DNA of 64,000 nucleotides. Origin: a virus (lineage: Duplodnaviria > Heunggongvirae > Uroviricota > Caudoviricetes). How positions within the stretch are numbered: the stretch's first letter is position 1; the number at the start of each line of letters is the position of its first letter. The notes below the pieces were generated by a model. It did no database searches and was not told the origin of the DNA. It saw only the letters and a list, made by a program, of their open reading frames with translations. Made by a program: the position numbers and the translations under genes. The stretch is from IMG/VR virus record IMGVR_UViG_3300042922_001018; one strand, written 5' to 3'. Positions 1 through 8,355 of this stretch are shown here, piece after piece.

Positions 1-107
1 CGGCAGTCCGTCCGGTCCGAGGAGAATCTCGTACAGGTCCGAGAAGACGAGTAGCGTTCTGGTCACATCACTGAGCCTACCTCGTAGGTGTCCCGGAGAT
101 GAACGCG

Positions 108-434
108 CTATGCGGTCTCTGCGCCCAGCCCTGCTGTACGGGCAGCGTACAAAGTGACGGCGGTACCTGTCTCTTCGTCGAAGTCGCCAGCTCCGAAAGC
201 AGCGAGGATTTCACTCAGAGGCTTCCAGGTCGTGTCGAGGTTAGGGTCCAGGTCAGCTCGCGGCGCAGGCGCTAGCGCGATGAGGGAGCCGTCCGGCTCG
301 ATGTCCTCATTGAGTTCTGTCCCGGTGGCGTACCGGAAGACGATGGAGACCTCCGCCGCGCTATCGACGATGGGCAGCACGTTGGCCGTCAGGAACACAT
401 ATTCGTCGTCAGAGACGATGAGCAAACGGCTCAC
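108..434 (-). CDS. hypothetical protein (108 aa)
   Basis: Minus-strand ORF co-directional with neighbours; acidic; no recognisable motif. Confidence 0.4.
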   Translation of the reverse strand: MSRLLIVSDDEYVFLTANVLPIVDSAAEVSIVFRYATGTELNEDIEPDGSLIALAPAPRADLDPNLDTTWKPLSEILAAFGAGDFDEETGTAVTLYAARTAGLGAETA

Positions 435-561
435 AGGAACGACCTCACGTAGGTGATGGGAAGCTCGCCACGAAGCTCCTCAGACGGACGCCTAGGCTCT
501 GTCCGGAGCCAGTCGAAGAAGTTCTTGAAGTAACGCATCCCATCAGTATACCAGCCGGAAG

Positions 562-984
562 TCAGTAGCCTGCGGCCCGCAGGCGCTCCCCCAGCATCCG
601 AACTCCAGTGCTCGGGTAGCAGACACCGAAGCGGTGCACAGCCTCCTCACTGCTGGCCAGCTCCCGGATGTCTGAAACGCCCATGTCGTACTTGATTTCG
701 TCGATAATCTGTTCCACGGCCACATCGCCAAGCGGCTCGATGTAATCCCAGATGACGACACTCGCCGTTCCGAGAGTATCCGTGGGGAGCTTCATGTGCG
801 GGGGTAGCTCTTCCAGCCCGAGCAACGCCCAGACTGCGCTGGCGAGGACGACCGCGTCAGAGATGGTGCCACCGTGGTAGTTCACCATCTCGTAGAGGAA
901 AGACGCGGCATTCTTCTGGTCCAGAGTGTCCGGAGTCAGCGGCGTAAGAATGACAGCGGTCACCTGTTCCTGAAGCGAGACCAT
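562..984 (-). CDS. hypothetical protein (140 aa)
   Basis: ORF 7 nt downstream of the yqeY-like gene on the same strand; protein-like composition. Confidence 0.45.
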   Translation of the reverse strand: MVSLQEQVTAVILTPLTPDTLDQKNAASFLYEMVNYHGGTISDAVVLASAVWALLGLEELPPHMKLPTDTLGTASVVIWDYIEPLGDVAVEQIIDEIKYDMGVSDIRELASSEEAVHRFGVCYPSTGVRMLGERLRAAGY

Positions 985-990
985 GTTCCG

Positions 991-1446
991 TTAGCCCGCG
1001 AGCGCGGCCTTCACCAAGTCGCTGACCTTCTTGCCGTCGGCGGTGGGCGCAGCCGCCTTCACGACCTTCATCACGGCGCCCATCTCACGCATCGTCGTTG
1101 CCTTGACGGCTTCTACCGCTCGTCCGACCAAAGCCTCCAGCTCTGCATCGTTGGGCGGCGCGGGGAGGTACTCGTCGATGACAGCAGCCTCAGCCAGGAC
1201 GCGCTCGATGTGCTCGGTTGGAGCGCCCTTCTCGATGTAGTCTTCGGCGGCGCCACGGCGCTGCCGGGCCTCGGACACGAAAACCTGCATGACCTGAGTG
1301 TCGGAGAGAGACGTAACCGCGCCCTTGCCGTCCTTCTCGACGGCTTCAACGGCCGCGAGAAGCATACGGTTCACCGACAGGCGGAGCTTGTCCCCCGCCT
1401 TCAGCGCCGCAGTGATGTTCGTACGTACGGTGTCCTTCAGAGTCAT
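991..1446 (-). CDS. GatB/YqeY domain protein
   Basis: 151 aa; colinear with YqeY family: MTLKD..AALKAGDK.RLS..RMLLAAV......LSD..V..V....ARQRR.AAEDY...G......ERVLAEAAVIDEYLP..ELEALV..AV......MGAVMK.V......ADGK.VS.LVK. Confidence 0.8.
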   Translation of the reverse strand: MTLKDTVRTNITAALKAGDKLRLSVNRMLLAAVEAVEKDGKGAVTSLSDTQVMQVFVSEARQRRGAAEDYIEKGAPTEHIERVLAEAAVIDEYLPAPPNDAELEALVGRAVEAVKATTMREMGAVMKVVKAAAPTADGKKVSDLVKAALAG

Positions 1447-1450
1447 GCTT

Positions 1451-1657
1451 CTACCCTACCAGACCACGGGTTCCACCGTCAACTCGCGGAAACGCCTCTA
1501 CCGCGTACTCAACAGGGATACCTTCGCGCCATAGACCGGCGATAGCAGCGGCACCGAAGCCGTTGATGAACAGGGTAAGCGAGTAGTCCGGGTCCACGTC
1601 CCGGAGAGCCGACATCGGACCCGTCGCCGGATACGTGCTCGGGTCATACAGGTCCAT
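1451..1657 (-). CDS. mini-ORF consisting of one copy of the array C-terminal motif (REGIPVEYAVEAF)
   Basis: 68 aa; carries the G-I-P-V-E-Y-A motif that ends the large paralogue family; possible gene fragment or stand-alone module. Confidence 0.4.
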   Translation of the reverse strand: MDLYDPSTYPATGPMSALRDVDPDYSLTLFINGFGAAAIAGLWREGIPVEYAVEAFPRVDGGTRGLVG

Positions 1658-1688
1658 GCCCCGAGGGTACCGCGTCGCGCGCCGTCCG

Positions 1689-2378
1689 TCAAGCTACGGC
1701 GTATTCGACCGGAATCCTGTTCTGCCACAGCGAGATGATGCGCTTCGGCTTCATGCCGTAGTCACGCGGCCCGCGGGCGGCGTTTCCTGCCAGCGCCAAC
1801 GCATAATACGGGGGAACCCCAGCGGTGTGCAGAGCCGCTAGGTCATCGACAGAGCAGACGATACCCTTCGTGTCCCTCACGTACTCTGGAGGAACGCCGA
1901 GCGCGTGCATCTGCCCCACGTCCTGCTTCGACCATTCGCCACGACCGTGGGAGGAAGACATGCTGTTGTTCGCCGCCGCTACCAGCTCGGCGGGAATCCC
2001 TGCGGCATAGTAGTCGGCGGCGCGCATGATGTCATGCCACTCGTGGGCGCAGCGCCGGTATGCGACACGATGCAGGTAGCTGCCGGGAACTTTCAGCATG
2101 CGCTGGATTTCCTCAGGGAACGGAAGCCCGTAAGAATCGCTCTGGATGTGCGCAGCCACCATGTACGCGAAGAGCACCATGTCTGATGTGTCTATGACAG
2201 CGACCGTGCGTCGCGACTGATGGAGCGTCGCGCGGAATCGGGAATCGGAGAGACTCTCAGAACAGAGGTCGGTGACCAGCATGAGGAAGTCGGCGTTGGT
2301 CATCATGCGGGCACCAGTGCCAGGTCCGGGAGGTACGCTCTGACCAGCTTCTCCGCATCCGCTGTCACAGTCTTCCAC
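1689..2378 (-). CDS. G[VI]PxEY[AL]-motif family protein (229 aa)
   Basis: Contains GIPAELVAAA, GVPPEYVRDT, GVPPYYALALAG and a C-terminal RIPVEYAVA. Confidence 0.6.
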   Translation of the reverse strand: MEDCDSGCGEAGQSVPPGPGTGARMMTNADFLMLVTDLCSESLSDSRFRATLHQSRRTVAVIDTSDMVLFAYMVAAHIQSDSYGLPFPEEIQRMLKVPGSYLHRVAYRRCAHEWHDIMRAADYYAAGIPAELVAAANNSMSSSHGRGEWSKQDVGQMHALGVPPEYVRDTKGIVCSVDDLAALHTAGVPPYYALALAGNAARGPRDYGMKPKRIISLWQNRIPVEYAVA

Positions 2379-2704
2379 GAGTCGCAGAAGATGAACCCGT
2401 ATGTGCCCACATCATCGAGAGAGTCCTGAAGATTCTCGCGGGCCATCGGGTACAGCACGCCACCGAACTTCGTGAACTCGTCGAATACCTCATCTGGCGT
2501 TCGCAACCCGCGGATGTCGAGAACCGTGTCGTCATCCACCTTGACGACGACATGACACCAGTACCGCTCGTTCGGGTCTACACCGTTTTCGTCCGCGTAA
2601 CCAACGCCCAGCATCGGCAGGCCCGTCAGCTCGCTCACTGCAATCGCGAGCGCCCAGCAATCACCTTCGGTGTAGTGAACCAGCTTGCGCGTCGAGAACA
2701 GCAT
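2303..2704 (-). CDS. hypothetical protein (~134 aa, start trimmed)
   Basis: Track ORF 2303-3052 has an Arg/Ser-rich N-terminus (overlap artefact); internal ATG at 2704 gives MLFSTRKLVHYTEGDCWALAIAV... Confidence 0.45.
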   Translation of the reverse strand: MLFSTRKLVHYTEGDCWALAIAVSELTGLPMLGVGYADENGVDPNERYWCHVVVKVDDDTVLDIRGLRTPDEVFDEFTKFGGVLYPMARENLQDSLDDVGTYGFIFCDSWKTVTADAEKLVRAYLPDLALVPA

Positions 2705-2723
2705 GCGACGAGCGTAGCAGAGG

Positions 2724-3059
2724 TCAGCGAGCCTTCGCAAGAAGAGCCGCCTTGGAACGCGCCGCTCGGAGCAACTGCTCGTGCTCGCGCTTCCGCTCCT
2801 CGAACTCGATAGCCGCCTTCTGGAGCGCGAGGTTGACGGACACTGCGTCCACTTCCACATCACCAGAAAGCTGGACCTCGGTGTAGTTCTGGTTGACCGG
2901 CTCCCACCACAGGAACCCGCCCAGCCGTCGCTCTGTGACGATGTACACCGACGACGGTGACGCGACCGTCCTACGGTTTTCGCTGTCTCCCACTTCGACA
3001 GAGTGGCGGAGATGCAGCCGCGTCTTCTGGTCAGAGAGCGGTGGGTGGACAATGTTCAC
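2724..3059 (-). CDS. hypothetical protein (~111 aa, GTG start overlapping upstream stop)
   Basis: Track ORF 2724-3293 N-terminus is junk; GTG at 3059 overlaps the TGA of gene 3056-3361 (GTGTGA); C-terminus coiled-coil-like ...EFEERKREHEQLLRAARSKAALLAKAR. Confidence 0.4.
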   Translation of the reverse strand: MNIVHPPLSDQKTRLHLRHSVEVGDSENRRTVASPSSVYIVTERRLGGFLWWEPVNQNYTEVQLSGDVEVDAVSVNLALQKAAIEFEERKREHEQLLRAARSKAALLAKAR

Positions 3060-3361
3060 ACGAAGCCTGCCTGCGAAACTTCGGCCCGCCCCTTGCGCCG
3101 AGCGAAGTAGTTGGCCGCGACGGAGTCGATAGCTGCCTGAAGGCCAGCTTCCCCCTGACCCTCGCGCCAGTAGTCCACGCGAAAGACGGGGTACTCGGAG
3201 GACATGTAGTCCTCGGTGAACTCCCAGAAAAGGAACTTCGCCCGGCGTGCGACGCTGACCTTGAAGGTCAGGCCGCGGGGAGGCTCGGGCCATTCGTCAG
3301 GCTCATACTGCTTGACGCGGATGAAGTCTCCGCCTTCGAGTTCCGGAATCTGAAGTGCCAT
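3056..3361 (-). CDS. hypothetical protein (101 aa)
   Basis: First gene downstream of the iteron-bearing noncoding region; Trp/Tyr-rich. Confidence 0.5.
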   Translation of the reverse strand: MALQIPELEGGDFIRVKQYEPDEWPEPPRGLTFKVSVARRAKFLFWEFTEDYMSSEYPVFRVDYWREGQGEAGLQAAIDSVAANYFARRKGRAEVSQAGFV

Positions 3362-4063
3362 GCGCTGAGTCTACCACAGAGCCTCCGACATGGTTCAGAG
3401 CGCGGATGCATCCGCGGGGAACACCCCTATGTAAGAGCACCTTGTTCATTGCAACATAAAGACCGGTTTGTGTATGACCCGTACTGCAACCGGGACGCAG
3501 GACACATCCCCTATCTATCTATCAATTTTGACTCTCTATCAAGAGTAAGTAGTAGTAGGGAGAGGGCTTTCTTCCCCGTATTTCCGCGGTTTCTGCCCGG
3601 TATCGACAGGGGAGTTCGCTCCCAGCTTTCTCTCAGACTTCTGTGTCCGGCTGGGACGCACTTGGGACACGGCTCAGATAAAGCCCAGGTCGCAAGCGGA
3701 AAATCCGGGACACAGGCCTGGGGAGGGCGTTTTCAACTTCTGACCTGGGCTTTTTAGTTGTTGGACTCAGTCCAACAACCCGTAGGTGCGTCCCGACGTA
3801 TTTTCTGGACTGAGTCCAACAACGTTTCTGGACTCAGTCCAACAATGTCTACGGTTCTTGGACGCAGTCCAACAACTCCGATTTACTTCTTGGACGCAGT
3901 CCAACAAGTCGAGGCTCGGACGCACGTATCCGATGGGCTTGGCGTCATCACTAAGACCATCTGGACGAATCATGGCCTCTGGGATGGGCTATGAGAGTGG
4001 TCTCAGCCCGCACCGGAGACTGATTACGCGCCCCATCATCGACGATGCGGACGGCGTGACCTA
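3362..4063. promoter_or_regulatory. ~700 bp noncoding control region (AT-rich tract, palindromes, iterons); candidate origin/operator/promoter
   Basis: Only large noncoding gap in the minus-strand train; AT-rich 3470-3560 (tctatctatctatcaattttgactctctatcaagagtaagtagtag) in a 66% GC background; perfect 16-bp palindrome CGCGGATGCATCCGCG 3401-3416; 12-bp inverted repeat AAAGCCCAGGTC/GACCTGGGCTTT; five iterons 3757-3908. Confidence 0.55.
3757..3908. repeat. Array of 5 iteron-like repeats, core TGGAC[TG][CG]AGTCCAACAA[CGT]
   Basis: Copies at 3757-3779 (perfect 23-bp palindrome GTTGTTGGACTCAGTCCAACAAC), 3805-3823, 3826-3846, 3855-3876, 3887-3908; each holds the 13-bp palindrome TGGACNCAGTCCA; centre-to-centre spacings ~45/22/30/32 bp, roughly integral helical turns. 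Confidence 0.85.
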
Positions 4064-4711
4064 CTAGAACTCGCTGCCGACGAAGGTCGTGTCGTTCTCG
4101 TAACGTGCAGCGTTCGCCAAGTCTTCCTCGGTCTGCTCGACGCCACCCGTGTTGATGAGACGGAAGATTTCTGCCTCTTCGCCGACGGTCTTGACGTTCG
4201 CTTCCAGAGTCGAGAACGGACGATTGCTCCAGTGGCGCTGGCCGATGATGGATAGACCGCTGTACGCGACTTCCGGCTCCTCCGAGTCCGGCTCTTCCAG
4301 GAAGCGGTCCTCGAACCAGTGGCGCGGGACGGTGAACTCGTCTTTCTCCCAAGCGCGCAGGGTCTCGATGCGCTGCTTGCCGTCCACGACTGCATACGCC
4401 TTTTGAAGGTGGTAGCCGCGCTTGTTGATGACGACCGAACCGGTGGGCAGGCCCATCAGCATGGAACGGACAAGAGCCTGGCGACGCTCAACGTCCCAGA
4501 CCGAGCCGCGCTGGTACGGGGTCTCCAGGTCGAACTGGTCGCCACCATCACGCTCCATGGTGTAGTGCTGAACGGTGTGGTTGTACGCCTGAAGCGAGAG
4601 ACGTGGCAGCGGCGCCGGGCGCGTCGGCAGCTTGACCTCAGGGGATGCGCCGGTCTTCTCAGCGAACTTGCCGTCGGTCTTGCGGGGGTGGTCGGTCTCG
4701 TCGAAGCTCAT
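4064..4711 (-). CDS. N-terminal-leader family protein with DUF262/ParB-like (GmrS-like) nuclease-fold domain
   Basis: MSFDETDHPRKTDGKFAEKTGASPEVKLP leader; then YQRGSVW...VVDGKQRIETL, resembling the DGQQR motif of the DUF262/ParB-Srx fold; SD GGAG 4 nt upstream. Confidence 0.65.
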   Translation of the reverse strand: MSFDETDHPRKTDGKFAEKTGASPEVKLPTRPAPLPRLSLQAYNHTVQHYTMERDGGDQFDLETPYQRGSVWDVERRQALVRSMLMGLPTGSVVINKRGYHLQKAYAVVDGKQRIETLRAWEKDEFTVPRHWFEDRFLEEPDSEEPEVAYSGLSIIGQRHWSNRPFSTLEANVKTVGEEAEIFRLINTGGVEQTEEDLANAARYENDTTFVGSEF

Positions 4712-4719
4712 GCTCCGAC

Positions 4720-4728
4720 TGTAGGCGG
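4720..4728 (-). promoter_or_regulatory. CCGCCTACA element (minus strand) 8 nt upstream of ATG of gene 4064-4711
   Basis: tgcaCCGCCTACAGTcggagcATG; TACAGT fits a -10 hexamer TANNNT 6 nt before the start codon. Confidence 0.45.
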
Positions 4729-4747
4729 TGCAGCGCGGTACCGCAAC

Positions 4748-5077
4748 CTACATTTCGGTTTCGGACAACTCATGGGTGGTGATGGAGACGACAGGCGTAG
4801 TGTGCCGCGTCGTCCCTTCACCCGCGCTGAGGGGTTCCAGCGTCAGGATGAGTGGCAAGCCGACCCGGATGACATCGAACGAATCCGGAGACTTCACGCC
4901 GTGGAGCGTGACGATACGAACCCACTCGTCGTCGCAGCGCATCTCCATGAACCCGAACCCGCCATCGGCAGCAGCGCTGGGAGGGGAAGGGTTCAGACGC
5001 CGGACACGTGACAGGTCCGGCAGGAACTCGTAGATGGCGCCGGAGGCAGTCGTTGCCCGCGTCACCGTGATGTTCAC
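4748..5077 (-). CDS. hypothetical protein (109 aa), paralogue of 5074-5292
   Basis: N-terminus TVTRATTASGAIYEFLPDLSRVRR vs TLVKTRDGAQYEFTADKLHVRD in the next gene. Confidence 0.45.
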   Translation of the reverse strand: MNITVTRATTASGAIYEFLPDLSRVRRLNPSPPSAAADGGFGFMEMRCDDEWVRIVTLHGVKSPDSFDVIRVGLPLILTLEPLSAGEGTTRHTTPVVSITTHELSETEM

Positions 5078-5292
5078 GTCAGGTCCAGGATGTCAGTCAC
5101 ATTGCTCGTGTAGAAGGCTCCTCCGCCTTCGAGCACCTGGAACATACTGAAGCCCAGTTCAATGGAAGCGGGCGCTACCAGTTCGCTCCACGTCTTCTCT
5201 GACGCGTCGCGGACGTGGAGCTTGTCGGCGGTGAACTCGTACTGCGCACCATCGCGCGTCTTCACCAGGGTTGTCGGAGTCATGAGGGTCAT
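5074..5292 (-). CDS. hypothetical protein (72 aa), paralogue of 4748-5077
   Basis: ATGA overlap with neighbours; shared N-terminal motif. Confidence 0.45.
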   Translation of the reverse strand: MTLMTPTTLVKTRDGAQYEFTADKLHVRDASEKTWSELVAPASIELGFSMFQVLEGGGAFYTSNVTDILDLT

Positions 5293-5957
5293 GGTACCAC
5301 GGTTTCCTTCAGATAGTCAGGAGGGATTTCGTCCCTCCACCCTTGTAGGATGATGTCGATAGGCGCGAGGAACTCGTGGTGCGCGGAGTTGTCAAGGTCG
5401 AGTCCGTAGGACTGCGGCAACATGAACTGGCGCATGTACTCGGGGTCCACGCCCGCATCGTACACGCGGCAGTAGTCTTCCTCTTCGAAGAAGGGAACGC
5501 GCGCTGCGTACTCGGCCGGGATGCCACGGGCATAGACCCGGCTCAGCATGAAAGGCGTCGCGAATCGGTTCGTACCAACCAGGCGGAGCATGTAAGAGAC
5601 GGGAACGTCGCGCATGCCCCACCAGTTTCCCTGTGCGTCTACCACTCCGCGCAGGTTCGGGTTCTTCTCCAGACAGAGCCGCAGAAAGGCGAAGTGCAGG
5701 ATGCTGTCAGCGTCCGCACCGACATGCTCGGCGTGCCGCATCAGGTTCTCGAAGTCGGCCGGACCGCTTATGGATGTCACATGGCGTTGGACGGGGATGG
5801 GTGTGCCCTCGGCGAAGTGCCGTGCGTATTCCCACCTGTTCTCGGTCAGAATGTCGAAGAACTGGAGCACGTGGCCAGGTCCGCTGAACACGCTAGCCGC
5901 GTATTCGCGGACCTCTGGGTTCGTTCCCCAGCCGCCGTGCATTGCCAGACCGAACAT
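5289..5957 (-). CDS. G[VI]PxEY[AL]-motif family protein (222 aa)
   Basis: Contains RGIPAEYAARV and AGVDPEYMRQF. Confidence 0.55.
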   Translation of the reverse strand: MFGLAMHGGWGTNPEVREYAASVFSGPGHVLQFFDILTENRWEYARHFAEGTPIPVQRHVTSISGPADFENLMRHAEHVGADADSILHFAFLRLCLEKNPNLRGVVDAQGNWWGMRDVPVSYMLRLVGTNRFATPFMLSRVYARGIPAEYAARVPFFEEEDYCRVYDAGVDPEYMRQFMLPQSYGLDLDNSAHHEFLAPIDIILQGWRDEIPPDYLKETVVP

Positions 5958-6592
5958 CAGAGGTTCTTCTTCTCCAGAATCACGGCGTAGTCGGCGATGA
6001 GCAGGCGTTCCAGTTCGTCTACGAAGCTCATCGGGTCTTCTCGGTAGTCCGGGTCACTGGTGACGACATCCAGGAATTCGTCGCGAGTAACCACACGCGC
6101 CTCGCTGACGCCCGAACCGTACCTCCGGTAGTCCTCGGACACCTCTGCGAAACTCGTGAGTCCTGTGGCGTCCAGGACGGTGTGTGGGCCAGCTAGAACG
6201 GCCGCGTGGCCGCTCCATTCGCCATCCGCTTCCACATCGCGGCTGGTGAAGAGAACCAGCGGCAGGCCCGTACGGTCGTGAAGAGCGAGGGCGAGGAGCG
6301 TGCAGGCACCATGACGGAACAAGCTGATGGCTTCAGCGTCCAGCTCGCCGTATGTGACAGTCGCGCTCTGGGAGCCGATGTAGATGTCGAACTCTTTCAC
6401 GAAACGGCTGCTCGACTCGTACAGCTCATCGAGGCTCAGTTCCGGGTTCGCTTCAGCGACCCGTTCGAAGATGAGAGTGTGAAGAGCCGAGTTGCTCGGA
6501 AGTGTGCGCCAGTCCATGCGTCTATGGTACGCCGCAGCGCCCGGTGTGTCAACTATGCGGTCAGGTACTCGATGGCGATGCCCTGCTCCCAT
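5957..6592 (-). CDS. hypothetical protein (start uncertain)
   Basis: ORF with 1-nt overlap to the downstream gene; N-terminal ~25 aa Arg/His-rich, real start may be the internal Met (MDWRTLPSN). Confidence 0.4.
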   Translation of the reverse strand: MGAGHRHRVPDRIVDTPGAAAYHRRMDWRTLPSNSALHTLIFERVAEANPELSLDELYESSSRFVKEFDIYIGSQSATVTYGELDAEAISLFRHGACTLLALALHDRTGLPLVLFTSRDVEADGEWSGHAAVLAGPHTVLDATGLTSFAEVSEDYRRYGSGVSEARVVTRDEFLDVVTSDPDYREDPMSFVDELERLLIADYAVILEKKNL

Positions 6593-7332
6593 CCGGAGAC
6601 AATCGCCTCCACGGGTACCGAAGCGTTCCCGGCGGCGACGGCGTACTCAGCCGACACGCCAGCTTCGAACAGCGTGGGTATATCGGATGGGGTTACCCAC
6701 GGCGGATTCTCGTCGCGGGCGAACGCGTTGGCGTAGGTCCACGGGACACCGTTGTGGAAGAGCATGACGATGTCCGCTTCGATGTACCGCCTGCCATTCG
6801 TCGGTCCCCACCCTGCTTTTGCGCGAGCGGTCATGTCTACGACACCGTTCGTGATGTTCCGCGCGAAGTCGGCTGAGACACCCTGCGCATCGAACCGGAC
6901 CGCTCGGCGGAGAACGCGAGGGTCCACAGGGAGATTGGCGAACGCTTCTTCGAGGAATGGGAGGGAAGCGTGCTTGACCTTGGTCCACCCGCCGTCGTTC
7001 TCACCCGGCGTGTATTCGGGGTCGAACTGGAACCCGGCTTGTAGGTACGCGAAGACCGGCAGTTCCTCCCGCTGCACACGACTAGCGTACGCATCGGAGA
7101 AGGCGTCGCGGACGAGCTTCGTCTGAGGCATCCAACCCGCGGGGGTCGCCATCGGAAGTCCGGCGATGTATTCGGCGAACCCGTCCCGGCGCCCGCCGGA
7201 GAGTCGATGGATGCGGTCGAGGTAGGCGATGAACGAGCTGTAGTCATCGAACAGTCGTCTGACCGTCTTGCCTTCTTGGGTGTTCTTCAGGTGCCAACGG
7301 TCAAGGAGCTGTTCAAGGTCGTGGTCACTCAT
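6553..7332 (-). CDS. G[VI]PxEY[AL]-motif family protein (~259 aa, start trimmed)
   Basis: Track start 7458 overlaps the upstream gene by 134 nt; ATG at 7332 (MSDHDLEQLL) overlaps the upstream TGA (ATGAGTGA); C-terminus AGVSAEYAVAAG...GIAIEYLTA. Confidence 0.55.
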   Translation of the reverse strand: MSDHDLEQLLDRWHLKNTQEGKTVRRLFDDYSSFIAYLDRIHRLSGGRRDGFAEYIAGLPMATPAGWMPQTKLVRDAFSDAYASRVQREELPVFAYLQAGFQFDPEYTPGENDGGWTKVKHASLPFLEEAFANLPVDPRVLRRAVRFDAQGVSADFARNITNGVVDMTARAKAGWGPTNGRRYIEADIVMLFHNGVPWTYANAFARDENPPWVTPSDIPTLFEAGVSAEYAVAAGNASVPVEAIVSGWEQGIAIEYLTA

Positions 7333-8314
7333 GGTCACTCTCCACGGTTGCTGCAAGATACTCGATAGGTACACCGTCTCGCCAAGCATAGAGCACGTCC
7401 CGCCCGGCCAGGTTGATTCCTGCCGCTGCTCGGGCGTAGTCGAGCGAGACTCCCGCATGCCACATAGCGCACACCTCCACAGCCGAGGACATCAGCGAAT
7501 CAACTTCTGGGAAGGAGTGGCTGTTCTCCCATCGAAGCCCGGCCGCATAGGCGAGGGGCACCCCCTGGTGGTAGAGCATCACAACGTTCTGCCGTGTGTA
7601 GGAACCACAGGAGGGCGCGAACTCCATGTCGTCGGTGTCCCCTGGCCACCCGAGACCGGTTCGGAACCCATACAGAATATGAGCCAGTCCGCCGGGAATC
7701 GCACTGGCGTAGGAAGCGGGGACACCGTGCTCCGCGTAGAAAATAGCCGCGGTCAGCATCTCTGTCAAGAAGTCTTCGTCCTGCGCAGCGCACTCTTCGA
7801 GGTAACGGATGTCGGTCGCAAGTGTCTGTCGCCACAGCGCTCGGTCCTCCGTCGGCGCCGAACCCCGTTCCGCCAGTTCGGCCGAGAAGAGGGCGAAATG
7901 CCGAAGTTGGTCGCGTGTGACTCCGAGGTTGCAAGCCAATGTCAGAAGAGCATCTGCGTCGGCGACAAGAGGGCTGTGGTCGTCTTCGCGAGCGAAGAAC
8001 GCCCGGCACTTCTCCCGGAGCCAGTCGTCGCCCGCGCCCGTGTTTCCAGCAGGCTCCGGCAGTCGGAGGGTTCTCAGGAGATTCTCGAAGCGGCCGTCGA
8101 ACAGCTCGATGAACACAGGTCGATACCGCCGGGCGAACCCGTAGTGCTCGAATATCTTCTCCTGCTCCGGGTCAATGGAGAGTCGCGAGGTACTCAACGG
8201 GCACTCCCTTCTGGAAGCCGTCAAGAGCGTCGTGCACGGGAATGCCGAGAGCGGTGCATGCCCGCACATATTCAATAGCGGCGGGGTCGCTGAGCATCGA
8301 GAGGAGGAACTCAA
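7325..8314 (-). CDS. G[VI]PxEY[AL]-motif family protein (329 aa)
   Basis: Four motif copies: HGVPASYASAI, QGVPLAYAAGL, AGVSLDYARAA, DGVPIEYLAATV. Confidence 0.6.
   Translation of the reverse strand: MSSSSRCSATPPLLNMCGHAPLSAFPCTTLLTASRRECPLSTSRLSIDPEQEKIFEHYGFARRYRPVFIELFDGRFENLLRTLRLPEPAGNTGAGDDWLREKCRAFFAREDDHSPLVADADALLTLACNLGVTRDQLRHFALFSAELAERGSAPTEDRALWRQTLATDIRYLEECAAQDEDFLTEMLTAAIFYAEHGVPASYASAIPGGLAHILYGFRTGLGWPGDTDDMEFAPSCGSYTRQNVVMLYHQGVPLAYAAGLRWENSHSFPEVDSLMSSAVEVCAMWHAGVSLDYARAAAGINLAGRDVLYAWRDGVPIEYLAATVESDHE
8172..8297 (-). CDS. mini-ORF (41 aa), C-terminal motif module only (LGIPVHDALDGFQKGVPVEYLATLH)
   Basis: Track ORF 8172-8720 is Ser/Thr/Pro-rich junk except the last 41 aa; ATG at 8297; no obvious SD, low confidence. 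Confidence 0.3.
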   Translation of the reverse strand: MLSDPAAIEYVRACTALGIPVHDALDGFQKGVPVEYLATLH

Positions 8315-8355
8315 CGTTCGGTTCGTCCGAGGTCTCGTTACGTCTCGGTCGAGGG

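Noticed and set aside
874-1545. 223-aa plus-strand ORF
   Set aside because: Antisense to the strongly supported GatB/YqeY gene.
2704-3293. Long N-terminal extensions of track ORFs 2303-3052 and 2724-3293
   Set aside because: Arg/Ser/Gly-rich segments overlapping the neighbouring gene in another frame; trimmed to internal ATG 2704 and GTG 3059.
3757-3908. Possible CRISPR array
   Set aside because: Repeats are 17-23 bp palindromes with irregular 5-28 bp spacers and only five copies; no uniform spacer length and no cas genes. This is iteron/operator-like, not CRISPR.
3758-4067. Track ORFs 3758-3994 (+), 3767-3973 (-) and 3786-4067 (+) in the iteron region
   Set aside because: Their translations merely echo the repeats (e.g. 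SGLSPT recurring); the region is better explained as noncoding iterons.
7268-8278. 336-aa plus-strand ORF
   Set aside because: Antisense to array gene 7325-8314.
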